The notes beneath the pieces were generated by a model. The model was not told the DNA's origin. It ran no database searches and was given only the letters and a program-made list of their open reading frames with translations. This document shows, one piece after another, positions 30,282 through 39,984 of a DNA stretch of 64,000 nucleotides. Numbering within the stretch: position 1 is the first letter of the stretch; each line of letters starts with the position of its first letter. Where the stretch lies: NCBI GenBank assembly GCA_019057815.1, contig JAHLWR010000008.1:32001-96000 (forward strand), written 5' to 3'. The translations under genes were made by a program, and so were the position numbers. The stretch is from Candidatus Heimdallarchaeota archaeon. GTDB lineage: Archaea > Asgardarchaeota > Heimdallarchaeia > Heimdallarchaeales > Heimdallarchaeaceae.

Positions 30282-30370
30282 CATTAATAGTAAACTCAAA
30301 ATTAGCCTTGATAAACTTTATTACATTAATTGAACTAATCCACATTATTTTCAGTTTGATGTATTTTAAG

Positions 30371-31858
30371 TTACATATAAAATCTATAATGAGGATCAAT
30401 TTCTATTTCTTTGCTTCTAGCTTCTGACATGATTTTTCCAACTCGTCTAGACAATAGTAAAGTAACTGGCATATAGGAATTGAATTTTATATTGTTCCAA
30501 TCTAAACGTGATAAAGAGATAATTTCTTCTGCTATTTTATTAAGAGGTGTATCAAAAGAATATCTAGTAATTTCTACAGGAACAGGGATTCTAGGACCCG
30601 GGTATGTTCCCAAAGCAGGGATAAAACCAGTTAAATATAGAAAACTCTTATCTTCTTTTGAATCAGGTTCTATATGGGTACCCCTAAGAACAGGATATAA
30701 ACCATTTCTACAGAAACGTATGGTGGAATAATTATTTAACGTAATCATATCTACAATTTTGACATTTGCTTTATTTGAATAAAAACCCTCAATCTCTTCA
30801 CTATTGAAGTGTGAACTTTTGTGAATAACAATTCTCAGAGGATAAGTTTTCTTTAAACTACAATAGAAATCTAAAACATAATTCATTAAATTTAAGGCGT
30901 ATTCTTTTGATAACCTTGGATTTCTATCTTTTTTTGATGATTTCCATTCGAAAGGCTCTCCCCTTAGAATGAAACTTTCGCCTGTACTTAAGAAAACCTG
31001 TGCAATACTTGCTTGAAGAGATTGTTTTTCTTCACTAAAATCTCTAAAGAAACTAATCCCAATGTAGCATACATTGTCATCCAACTTAGTAAGTTTCCAT
31101 GGTGTTCCAAATGCTTTATAATAAACAGCAACAGCGACATTCCAAGCAAATGTGGCTGGATCTTCAGTAGGATATTCTGTTCTTTCCTTATCTGAAATTA
31201 TTTTATCCAATATAGATTCTATGGTATGAATCAAAAATAATTGTGTAGGAATTTTATATTTCATTCCTATTACCTTAATAATATTGTGAAAGTCAATATC
31301 TCCTTCAGCTTTGGATATACTTACGCTATCTGTTTTGTCAGCAAATTTAATTTTAATATCTTTAATATACTTGCGAGAGTACATATCAGTTATTTCTCTT
31401 GGAATTGAAATAAATATTATATCTGGGCGTGATTCTGCCTCCAAAATCAGTTTTATTTTATTCTCAAATAAATTAATTAAGGATACTCGTTGATCTTCTT
31501 TTCTGCTTATTTTTGTTAATGTTGTAATTTCCTCTGTAAAAATAAGTTGTTCCCAACTAACATCCGTTATTAATGAGAATAGTAGAGGTGATTTTTTACC
31601 CAAACCTGGAAAACCTAAGTTCCCATATGTTGATTTGTCAACTGGTTCAAGGGGATTAGACAATTCTCTTACAAGAGTTTTACATTTTTCTAAAGACTCT
31701 GCTGTTCCAACCACACCATAATTAATTTGTCTGTGATCGACATCTGCATTTAAGTAAGGTCCAACTGGTCCTCCTTTAAGAAGACCTATTCTTGGGTCTA
31801 ATGCAACAATGTTGTTCCCAAAATAAAGTTTAGATTCTTCTATTAAACTGGTTTTCAT
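30371..31858 (-). CDS. Short prokaryotic Argonaute (MID-PIWI, catalytically inactive)
   Basis: MID FHNIIK...IPTQ; AWNVAVAVYYKAFGTPWKL; PIWI CYIGISFF (first catalytic Asp replaced), RIVIHK, PVLRGT, YPGPRIPVP, LSRLDWN, PVTL, C-terminal YRFYM. GGAGG lies upstream of ATG 31858. Confidence 0.93.
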   Translation of the reverse strand: MKTSLIEESKLYFGNNIVALDPRIGLLKGGPVGPYLNADVDHRQINYGVVGTAESLEKCKTLVRELSNPLEPVDKSTYGNLGFPGLGKKSPLLFSLITDVSWEQLIFTEEITTLTKISRKEDQRVSLINLFENKIKLILEAESRPDIIFISIPREITDMYSRKYIKDIKIKFADKTDSVSISKAEGDIDFHNIIKVIGMKYKIPTQLFLIHTIESILDKIISDKERTEYPTEDPATFAWNVAVAVYYKAFGTPWKLTKLDDNVCYIGISFFRDFSEEKQSLQASIAQVFLSTGESFILRGEPFEWKSSKKDRNPRLSKEYALNLMNYVLDFYCSLKKTYPLRIVIHKSSHFNSEEIEGFYSNKANVKIVDMITLNNYSTIRFCRNGLYPVLRGTHIEPDSKEDKSFLYLTGFIPALGTYPGPRIPVPVEITRYSFDTPLNKIAEEIISLSRLDWNNIKFNSYMPVTLLLSRRVGKIMSEARSKEIEIDPHYRFYM

Positions 31859-33341
31859 TTTGTTCCTCCGGGAAATCAAGTAGTTCATTATCCACAATCT
31901 TTTCGAATTTCTTTAAGAGAAATGAATTTTCTATAGGGCTTCTATTGATTTTGATTTCTTTCAGTTTTTGTGGATCAATTGTTCTTAGAATTCTTCTTGT
32001 ATGAAATTGATTTTCTCTCTGAAAATCAGTCTGTGTCAATGGATCTGTAAAAATATCAAAATGCTCAAAAAGTACATAATACCAAAAACATATATCATTT
32101 AGTGCATTTGGATTATATCCCATGATTGATTTTCTGTATCCTCTTTCAATTCTTTCATAATCATTCACTGACACTGGAGTTTTTCCATCAGTTGTGAAAG
32201 TTTTTTGAGGTAAAATACAATAGTAAATATCTGAATTGATAATTTTTGTAGTAATAACAACTGATAAATGATAACAAAAATTAATCTTTTGTTCTTTCAT
32301 TCTAACAGATGCAACATCTCTAGAATGTAATTTGCTACCCTTTTTCCATCTAACACTCCGTTTTAAATATTTTGGGTATTGTAATGGATAAAACCATCTC
32401 CCTTTATTGTCAGTGTAAAGACCTCTATGTCTACAAAGTTTGTTTGCAGTAGTATTCAAAAGATAAATTAGTGTATTATGTTTGTCTCTTTCTTGAATCC
32501 AATCTACAATATCTATTTCTTCAATTGATGTTTCATCAACAAAATTAAGCAGGTTATTTTTTCTATTAAAAGAATAAAGTGATATCAGTTTTCCTTCAAA
32601 TAGAAGAAAAGGTGGTGCATACTTTATTTTAGAGAAAATTTCATCTTTTGTTCGTATACTAGTATTTGCTTGCCAGATTTTATCAATATTAGTTAACTGA
32701 ACTAAATTTGAAATAATATATTCTTCTTTTTTTTCTTGATATAATTCTTCTTTCAAATTCTGATAATTAGAAAAAATGTTGCTTGGATCAAATTCTTCAT
32801 TATAAATTTGGTCGATTTTTATTTTTAAGGAATCAATATCTGATTGATAAAGATCAATCTTTCCAAAAAATCCTTTTAAATCATCAATAGTTAAGGAGAG
32901 TAGCAGTTCTTTGTCTTTATCATCTTTTGTAAGGGGAATAATCTTAGTTATTATGCTTAATATTTCCTCATTGCTCAATTTATTCAAGAGAGATTTATGA
33001 AATACTTGATTCTTTGTATTTCTTGCAAAAATCATTAATCTGAATCTATCTTCTGGAATTCTATAAAAATAAGATAACGTGTAACCTAAAAATTCCTCCA
33101 AAAAACTGGAATCATTAAAGCTAAAATCTGACCATTTAGCTTCAATCCAAATCTCTCTGTCTATTTCGGTCTCATTATCAATAAAAATCAAATCAGGTAA
33201 GTGTCCTTCAACTTTTGAATCTGAAATAAATCTATGCCCCTTAGCTTCTAGATAAGCTCTAATATATTTCTTATAAGTTTCAGAATTTGCAGTTTTTGCT
33301 TCTCTATCACCAAGTAAATTGTAATAAGGCAGATGTCTCAC
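31830..33341 (-). CDS. PD-(D/E)xK nuclease-APAZ effector partner of the short Argonaute
   Basis: N-terminal HLPDLIF...WIEAKW motif; C-terminal region from EYIISNL through FTTDGKT and YNPNALNDICFW fits an APAZ domain; stop overlaps the pAgo start. Confidence 0.78.
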   Translation of the reverse strand: MRHLPYYNLLGDREAKTANSETYKKYIRAYLEAKGHRFISDSKVEGHLPDLIFIDNETEIDREIWIEAKWSDFSFNDSSFLEEFLGYTLSYFYRIPEDRFRLMIFARNTKNQVFHKSLLNKLSNEEILSIITKIIPLTKDDKDKELLLSLTIDDLKGFFGKIDLYQSDIDSLKIKIDQIYNEEFDPSNIFSNYQNLKEELYQEKKEEYIISNLVQLTNIDKIWQANTSIRTKDEIFSKIKYAPPFLLFEGKLISLYSFNRKNNLLNFVDETSIEEIDIVDWIQERDKHNTLIYLLNTTANKLCRHRGLYTDNKGRWFYPLQYPKYLKRSVRWKKGSKLHSRDVASVRMKEQKINFCYHLSVVITTKIINSDIYYCILPQKTFTTDGKTPVSVNDYERIERGYRKSIMGYNPNALNDICFWYYVLFEHFDIFTDPLTQTDFQRENQFHTRRILRTIDPQKLKEIKINRSPIENSFLLKKFEKIVDNELLDFPEEQNENQFNRRI

Positions 33342-33682
33342 TTCCCTAATGTGTCTAATATAAAAAATAAGTCATATAAAAATATAAACTTTTACTCTGA
33401 GTAATTATATTTTCGAGAATTTTCATTTTACTGCAAAGAGTACTATCTTCTCATATAGAGGAAGTTCCAAGAAGTAGACCTTGATATAAGGATTTAATAT
33501 TAGTAGAACACAAAAATTAGTTCCATACGTAAATGTTTGAGATAAAAACTGACCCTATAAATTCTTAATAGAAAAAACGCATAAAATTTTAATTTTCTAT
33601 AAATAGAAGCTATAATGATATTAAATACTTCAAGCTCTATGTTTAAGAAAGGTTTTATAATTAAGATGTTTCTTTGTTTTTA

Positions 33683-34750
33683 ATGATAAAAGATCTGATT
33701 ATAAAAAACTTCAAATCTGTAGAAAATCTTGAATTAAGTTGTTCAAAGTTCAATGTATTCATAGGAGAACCTAACGTAGGTAAATCAAACATTTTAGAAG
33801 CTTTAGGTATTTATTCATCACTTCTTTATAATAAACACACTAAAGATCAAAAGCTAATAAGTAAAGAATTTGTCAGATATGAAAATTTATTAAATTTATT
33901 TCACAACAATTTTATCCAGAAAGATATAGAGATAATAACAGACAAAAGTAAGATTTTGATAGAAGCTAAAGAAAATTACTTCAAATACTCGGTCTGTAAA
34001 ACAGAATTAGGCATAAAACAGGACGAAAATCAAGAGATGTACAGAGACATAATAAAATCACAATTACTCTTTGAAGCTGAATTAGAAAATGATGGAAAAT
34101 ATCATTCAGGTCTCCATAAGGGTAGAATAAAAGAAGAAGAAAAATTGAAAACCTTTTTACCTAATTTTAAAATGTATAAACATATCGAATTAAATCAATT
34201 TTTATCCAAAGATTTTGCATTTTTAAATCCACCTTCTGGAAATAATCTTCTTACAATTCTACAAACACATGAGGATTTATATGAATATTATAATGATATT
34301 TTGCATCCTTTTAATCTACGTTTGATGCTCAGAGAGATTGATGGAAAAATCGAGTTTTTAAGAGATGCAAAAGGTAAATTGATTCCTATTCCTTTTAGCT
34401 TGATTGCAGAAACTTTTCAGCAACTTTTTCTAATATTAGCATCAATAGAAACAAATGAAGATTCAATTATAGTAATTGAAGAACCTGAAACTCATGTTTT
34501 CCCTAAATATACTAAAAAAATTGCTGAAATGATTGCAAAAAATGAGAAATCAAATCAATTCTTTATCTCTACGCATAACCCCTATTTTTTGATATCTTTA
34601 ATTGAAAAAGCAAAAGAAAAGGATGTTAGCATTTTTGCTGTTGAATTCGTAAACAATGAAACACAAGTTAAGAAACTGGATAATGCTGATATTCAGCTAT
34701 TATTAGAGGGTGAAGATCCTTTCTTTAATATTAGAAAATATTTTGAGTAG
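33683..34750 (+). CDS. AAA_15/AAA_21-family ATPase
   Basis: IKNFKS, GEPNVGKS, IEEPETH, STHNPY. Confidence 0.88.
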   Translation: MIKDLIIKNFKSVENLELSCSKFNVFIGEPNVGKSNILEALGIYSSLLYNKHTKDQKLISKEFVRYENLLNLFHNNFIQKDIEIITDKSKILIEAKENYFKYSVCKTELGIKQDENQEMYRDIIKSQLLFEAELENDGKYHSGLHKGRIKEEEKLKTFLPNFKMYKHIELNQFLSKDFAFLNPPSGNNLLTILQTHEDLYEYYNDILHPFNLRLMLREIDGKIEFLRDAKGKLIPIPFSLIAETFQQLFLILASIETNEDSIIVIEEPETHVFPKYTKKIAEMIAKNEKSNQFFISTHNPYFLISLIEKAKEKDVSIFAVEFVNNETQVKKLDNADIQLLLEGEDPFFNIRKYFE

Positions 34751-34757
34751 ATTTCCA

Positions 34758-35243
34758 ATGATCTTAGTTGAGTGCGATCCTGATGAAGTACTAGTAAAAA
34801 CTTTGATTCCCAATCTTACAAAAAATGATTATTCACATGCAGGTAATAATACTGGAGTTATTAAAAGGTTAATTAAAAAAACCGAAGGAACGGGACATAT
34901 TGGTATTATTGATAAAGATTCTGGATCAATACCACCTGGGTATTTTAATAAATTTGATTTAGTTCAAGAATGGGAATCATTAAACATTGAGCTCTTGAAA
35001 GCACCAAATAATGCAAAATTAATCGTTCTTTATCCCAATTTGGAAGGGTGGAGTATAAATGCAGCTCACTTCATCCATATAAAACTTAAAGACTATAGTT
35101 TACCTGAATCAGAAAAAGAATTGCATAAAATAATAAATGAAAAACCGAATCTAATGAAATTTGAAAAACTTATAACAGATTTAGAAAAAAAGAGTAAACA
35201 CATACAAGAATTAAAAGCAATCTTAATGGAATATCATAAATAG
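34758..35243 (+). CDS. Small TOPRIM-like partner of the ATPase
   Basis: ILVECDPD, IGIIDKD and PNLEGW acidic motifs; 7 bp after the ATPase stop. Confidence 0.65.
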   Translation: MILVECDPDEVLVKTLIPNLTKNDYSHAGNNTGVIKRLIKKTEGTGHIGIIDKDSGSIPPGYFNKFDLVQEWESLNIELLKAPNNAKLIVLYPNLEGWSINAAHFIHIKLKDYSLPESEKELHKIINEKPNLMKFEKLITDLEKKSKHIQELKAILMEYHK

Positions 35244-35391
35244 TTTAGAATTTTTAACATCCTCTTTATAAGAAGAATTGCAGGCTTGCATTAAAATGAA
35301 AAGAGAAAAACCATTTAATATTATTCCTTTTGACTCTTCATTCTTGAAGATTAAGATTCGAACTTTGAACTCCGAGCAATCTGTTTTTTAT

Positions 35392-35640
35392 TTAGATTTT
35401 TCTTATCATATCAATTAGTTTATCTTTTGGAATATTATTCCAGATTGATATTTTTGATAATATGTCAGTTAATGTTCCTTTTGCAATTTCAGGGTGTCTA
35501 GGGACGGTAATATTATGTTCCCCAGCTTCAGTTGTTTTTCTTAGACTCACGTGACTCCCCCTTTGCTTAATTATCTTGTAACCTAATTTCGATAACATCT
35601 TGATTAAGTGATTACCGCTAATTACTGGTAACTTTGGCAA
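35392..35640 (-). CDS. hicA: HicA-family toxin
   Basis: LGY...QRGSHV, TVPRH, GTLTDIL. Confidence 0.9.
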   Translation of the reverse strand: MPKLPVISGNHLIKMLSKLGYKIIKQRGSHVSLRKTTEAGEHNITVPRHPEIAKGTLTDILSKISIWNNIPKDKLIDMIRKI

Positions 35641-35842
35641 CTGAACCTACCTCAATTTCTGAAATTGAAAGGATTCTTATCTCTTCTCCTTTGTTTAAAA
35701 TATCTTCAAAATGGACTTCTACTGCTTCTTTAATGTTATCCATCAAGTTATCTAATGTATTACCTTGAGTAAAAATATCTACTCCAATTCCTCTTGCACA
35801 CCAGAAGTCTTCATCTTTATATATCTCAAATTTGACTAACAA
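35618..35842 (-). CDS. hicB: HicB-family antitoxin
   Basis: FTQGNTLDNLMDNIKEAVEVH; overlaps hicA. Confidence 0.88.
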   Translation of the reverse strand: MLVKFEIYKDEDFWCARGIGVDIFTQGNTLDNLMDNIKEAVEVHFEDILNKGEEIRILSISEIEVGSVAKVTSN

Positions 35843-36095
35843 TGAGTTTCACCTGTTTTATTCTTTCATTGCTACTTATTAATGATTTTCGTTAAGCATC
35901 TTTTCTACTGGCGATGATTAATGATTAGTTGCTTCTATTTTGATAGTTATTGTTTTTTTGTAGTACTTTCAATGAACTCGTATGAGGTAAGTCTATCCAA
36001 ATTTTTCCATTTTGATTTCATCACAATTTTTTCTGAATCCTTTAGACCTATTGTAGCATTCCAGATGTAATTACTTACCCAGCTTTTTCCTGAGA

Positions 36096-36308
36096 ATGGT
36101 TGCATTATGGTTACGATTAAGAGCTGTAGAAGGATGGAGTGGTTTTGCGATATACTCATTAATCGCAGCAATCATATCATTGGTACTTGTTGCTATTTCA
36201 GCAATCTTTATCACTAGCAATTATATGGGGTTAATCGAAAGATTCATGGTTAGTTCCTATCAGGTCTACTACTTTGTTATCGGACTGATGGTGTTTCTAA
36301 ATAATTAG
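36096..36308 (+). pseudogene. Membrane protein C-terminal fragment (possibly DUF998-like)
   Basis: Two TM helices with GLIERF; looks N-terminally truncated at the island edge. Confidence 0.35.
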
Positions 36309-36445
36309 CAATTTGAGATGGAGTTGAAAAAATGAGAAGAAGACTAATATCAGTTCTTCCTATTATTCATGATGAAATTAATAGCAGGTTTTAGAAAACC
36401 TAAAGCAAAGATCTCAAGGAAAATTTAAATAAAAACCAGAAGTGA

Positions 36446-36865
36446 ATGTATAACATGTGGCATATACTATTTGGCATTCTTCTCATACTTCATGGATTAA
36501 TATTTATTTTATTTCTAATTTATGTTAAACTACCTGAGAATGAAGGATATTTTGGATGGTCAAGAAAATCATGGTTATTAGACAGAGTCCTTAATGAGAA
36601 AATAGTAAAGATTGTTGGAATCGTACTTTGGATTTTAGTATTGGGTGGTTTCTTAGGTTCTGGAATAGTGATACTCGTTAAGCATGAATCATGGAGAATT
36701 ATAGATATCATCGCATCCTTTATCTCACTATTCGCTTTTATTCTCTTCTGGAATGAATTGAAACCAAAACCAATAAGATTCATTCTAGGCCCAATTATAG
36801 CAATCGTTAATATCATAGCTCTATTGATTGTTAAGTGGCCTACAGACACAGCTATTTTTGGTTAA
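36446..36865 (+). CDS. Hypothetical membrane protein (about 4 TM)
   Basis: Hydrophobic helices; LHGLI and SWLL motifs. Confidence 0.7.
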   Translation: MYNMWHILFGILLILHGLIFILFLIYVKLPENEGYFGWSRKSWLLDRVLNEKIVKIVGIVLWILVLGGFLGSGIVILVKHESWRIIDIIASFISLFAFILFWNELKPKPIRFILGPIIAIVNIIALLIVKWPTDTAIFG

Positions 36866-37353
36866 GATAATAAACTTTAGACAAGAGGATTGGAATCTGT
36901 ATTATAGATGAAACAGTAAATTAATTGTATAATTTCATGACAGGTTCTACAGTTACACATACTGTATGAACAACTCTTCTATCTGGATAATCTTTGAAAA
37001 TTGCTGTAAAAATATATACTCCTGTTTCAATAATTAATAATTCTACATCAATAATTATTAGAACGTTTGATTGCTAAGGCTCTTCTATTATTTGAGTAAA
37101 ATTTACGAATAATAACCATTCCCAAGGATCAATTCACAATTTATTATAAGAAATCTTAAATTTTCCATAAAGAAGAAACATTATTATGATATAATAAGAG
37201 CGAAAGAAAGATTTCTTTTCTTTGTTTTTAACAACTATTTTCATTATATTTTCCCTTGATGCTCGTGTTAAAACAGTATTCCAACTTAGAATTAGGAAAT
37301 ACCTTTTGGAAATTCTACTGTACCTTTTGGATATGAAAAGGAAGATCGAATTA

Positions 37354-39156
37354 TTAGATATTCTCTAAAAAAATTGACTCTGCATATGATTCTACTTGTT
37401 CAAATGTAGATTTATCCAAACCTTTTAGTGTAGTTTTATAGTTTTCAAAATTCGACAGAATATCCTCATTCAATATAATGATATTAAGAAATTTTTCAAG
37501 TTTCTGAATAGCATGATAAGATTGTCCTTTATAGACATAACAGAATAGAAATTTCTCTCTTTGTCTTATTAGGATTGTGTAATCTTGATGTTTGATTGTT
37601 TCAATTGAACCAGAAACAGCAAAAACCTCTGCGCCAAATGTATTGATAGCACTTAAGAAACCACTAACTAGGAGACTGTCAATTTTGATTGTTTCATCAA
37701 ATAGACTTGTAAAAAGGCTTATTCCATCATCAGATACTATCGTTAATAAAATTGGGAATTCAGGAACAATATCAGAACTTTTAAGGTATCTACTATCAAC
37801 CATAAAATCAAATAGATTTTCCATTCTAGCCATTTCTATTCTTTTACTGAATGGTATTTCATCCAGTATGACTTCCTTCCATTTCTTCTTTTGGTTTAAA
37901 AGATTATCCTGTTCAATCGATATTAATATAGTTAGACTAGTTAACCCTTTTGATTGAGCTATTGTTAACGCATTTGAAATTTCAGTTGTTGCTTTTTCAA
38001 AGTTCATTTCGAGGAGAGATAGCTTAGATTCAAATAAACTGGTTTTAGCTAATAGTGAGTATGAGTTCTGTTTTTCAGCAATTTTTTGAAGTTTCATTAA
38101 TAAATTCTTTACTTCATCTAGAACATCAATATTTCCAGACAAGCTTAACTCATATAGAAGAGATTCCAGAAGATTGAACATTGCAAGTATTGAAACCTCA
38201 TGATCTATTATCTCCTCCTCTGCTATTTCTTTAAAAATCTCCTGAGCTTTCATTCTAGAAAGAAGTCTAGAACTGTCTTTCAAAACGATTCCTTGTGCTA
38301 CCTTATATCTTTGTTTAATTATTTGAAATTCATTCTCTTCTTGAATTGAGTTAAGTTTGTTGAGAAATTCAGTTGCTTCATCAGTCGATTTCCCATCAAC
38401 TAGTAAGATAATTAAATTTAATAGGATATTAGAAGACAATAATTTATTTTCAATTTTTTCAGCTCTTGCTAATGCTACTTTATAATAAATTGAAGCATCT
38501 TCAAGATCTCCAGTCACATGATAAACCTTGCTAATTTTATACAGTACAACTATTACGTCTATCTCCCATCTAAGTTCATCATATATACCAAGACTGGTTT
38601 CATAACAGTTGAAAGCTTGTTCAACTTCACCTTTGTAAATGTAAATATCCCCTATTCCAATTTTAACAGATGCTATGCCAATTTTATCCTCTATTTTTTC
38701 AAAGAAACTTAATGATTTTTGATAGAGAAGAAATGCTTGTTTTAGTTCCCCCCTTTTGTAATTCATTACACCTTGTAGGTGATAAATAGCTGAAATACGT
38801 TTCTTGACTTCTATTGTTTTTTTACCTTTTAGACTAATATGATCAAAACAGGTTTGTATTAGATTCTCAGCTTTAGTTAACTCACCTAATAAAGACAGTG
38901 TTTTTACCTTTGCTAGAATTGAATCGACAATAAGATTTTTGTTCTTTATCTCTATACTTTGTTGAAGAGCAATCTTAGCAATATCTAAACTCTGTTTATA
39001 ATTACTCTGATAATTTAGTATCTCAATCTGAAGTATCCTAGCTTTTATTACATCTTCTTGAGATAGGAAATTGTCACCAAAATTCTCTTCTAATAATTGG
39101 AGAGCTTCGCTAAAATCCCCCTTCTTTAAATAAGTTTGAACCTTTGAGAATTTCAA
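37354..39156 (-). CDS. TPR-repeat protein with C-terminal longin-like domain (Asgard type)
   Basis: Helical repeats (e.g. IGDIYIYKGEVEQAFNCYETSL); C-terminal IVSDDGISLF...LVSGFLSAINTFGAEVF. Confidence 0.8.
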   Translation of the reverse strand: MKFSKVQTYLKKGDFSEALQLLEENFGDNFLSQEDVIKARILQIEILNYQSNYKQSLDIAKIALQQSIEIKNKNLIVDSILAKVKTLSLLGELTKAENLIQTCFDHISLKGKKTIEVKKRISAIYHLQGVMNYKRGELKQAFLLYQKSLSFFEKIEDKIGIASVKIGIGDIYIYKGEVEQAFNCYETSLGIYDELRWEIDVIVVLYKISKVYHVTGDLEDASIYYKVALARAEKIENKLLSSNILLNLIILLVDGKSTDEATEFLNKLNSIQEENEFQIIKQRYKVAQGIVLKDSSRLLSRMKAQEIFKEIAEEEIIDHEVSILAMFNLLESLLYELSLSGNIDVLDEVKNLLMKLQKIAEKQNSYSLLAKTSLFESKLSLLEMNFEKATTEISNALTIAQSKGLTSLTILISIEQDNLLNQKKKWKEVILDEIPFSKRIEMARMENLFDFMVDSRYLKSSDIVPEFPILLTIVSDDGISLFTSLFDETIKIDSLLVSGFLSAINTFGAEVFAVSGSIETIKHQDYTILIRQREKFLFCYVYKGQSYHAIQKLEKFLNIIILNEDILSNFENYKTTLKGLDKSTFEQVESYAESIFLENI

Positions 39157-39496
39157 TATCTAAACAAAGGTGTTTATCTATATAAACATTACAATGATTT
39201 TGTTCCTCTATTAGAAAGTAATCACAGCTTAGAGTAGTCATATACTTTTAGTAAACAATTTATCAATCTCTTTTGGAACTCACATAAAAGATTCAAAGCT
39301 TCTAATTCATTTTCTATAGAAAGTACGGCCTCGATTTACTCATAGTTGCAGTTATATTTATTACTAGTGCAGAGAATATCTACATCATTTGTATGATTTT
39401 ATCTACAATAGGGTTTGTTTAGACATTCTTTTTGAAAGATATCAACAAAACACATATATCTGATGAATGAAATATTAATAAAATAAGGAGATTACA

Positions 39497-39850
39497 TTGG
39501 TTCAGACGGTAAAAATACTATTAGCAGATGATAATGATGAATTAAGAATGCTATATAGAATTATGTTATCAGAATTCACCGTAATACAAGCAGTAAACGG
39601 AAATGAAGCAGTAGCTTTCTATAAGAAACACAAACCCGATTTAGTTCTGATGGATATTTTAATGCCAATAAAAGATGGGATAGAAGCTACAAAAGAGATC
39701 ATCGAATTTGATCCTAAAGCTACAATAATAGCGATTACAGCATATTCTTCAAAAGCAGAAAATATTTTACTAGCGGGAGCAAAACAAGTAATTAAAAAAC
39801 CCTTCAGAAGAATTGAATTAATTGAAATAATTGTGCAAGAATTGCAATAA
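39497..39850 (+). CDS. Stand-alone response regulator receiver (CheY-like)
   Basis: ADD, DLVLMDILMPIKDG, ITA, KKPF. Confidence 0.93.
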   Translation: MVQTVKILLADDNDELRMLYRIMLSEFTVIQAVNGNEAVAFYKKHKPDLVLMDILMPIKDGIEATKEIIEFDPKATIIAITAYSSKAENILLAGAKQVIKKPFRRIELIEIIVQELQ

Positions 39851-39984
39851 GTTTTTAAGAATAAACAACTAAGTCTGGGATATATACATAACTCCAAACT
39901 GGATTAAATTAGTCAGTACAGAAATTTCATACGATAAATTTACGCTTAATTTGATTCAATTTGGCTTCAGATCAGAATTAAGGA

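Noticed and set aside
30371-31858. Long, slicing, eukaryote-like Asgard Argonaute
   Set aside because: About 495 aa, no N/PAZ domains, catalytic tetrad not intact.
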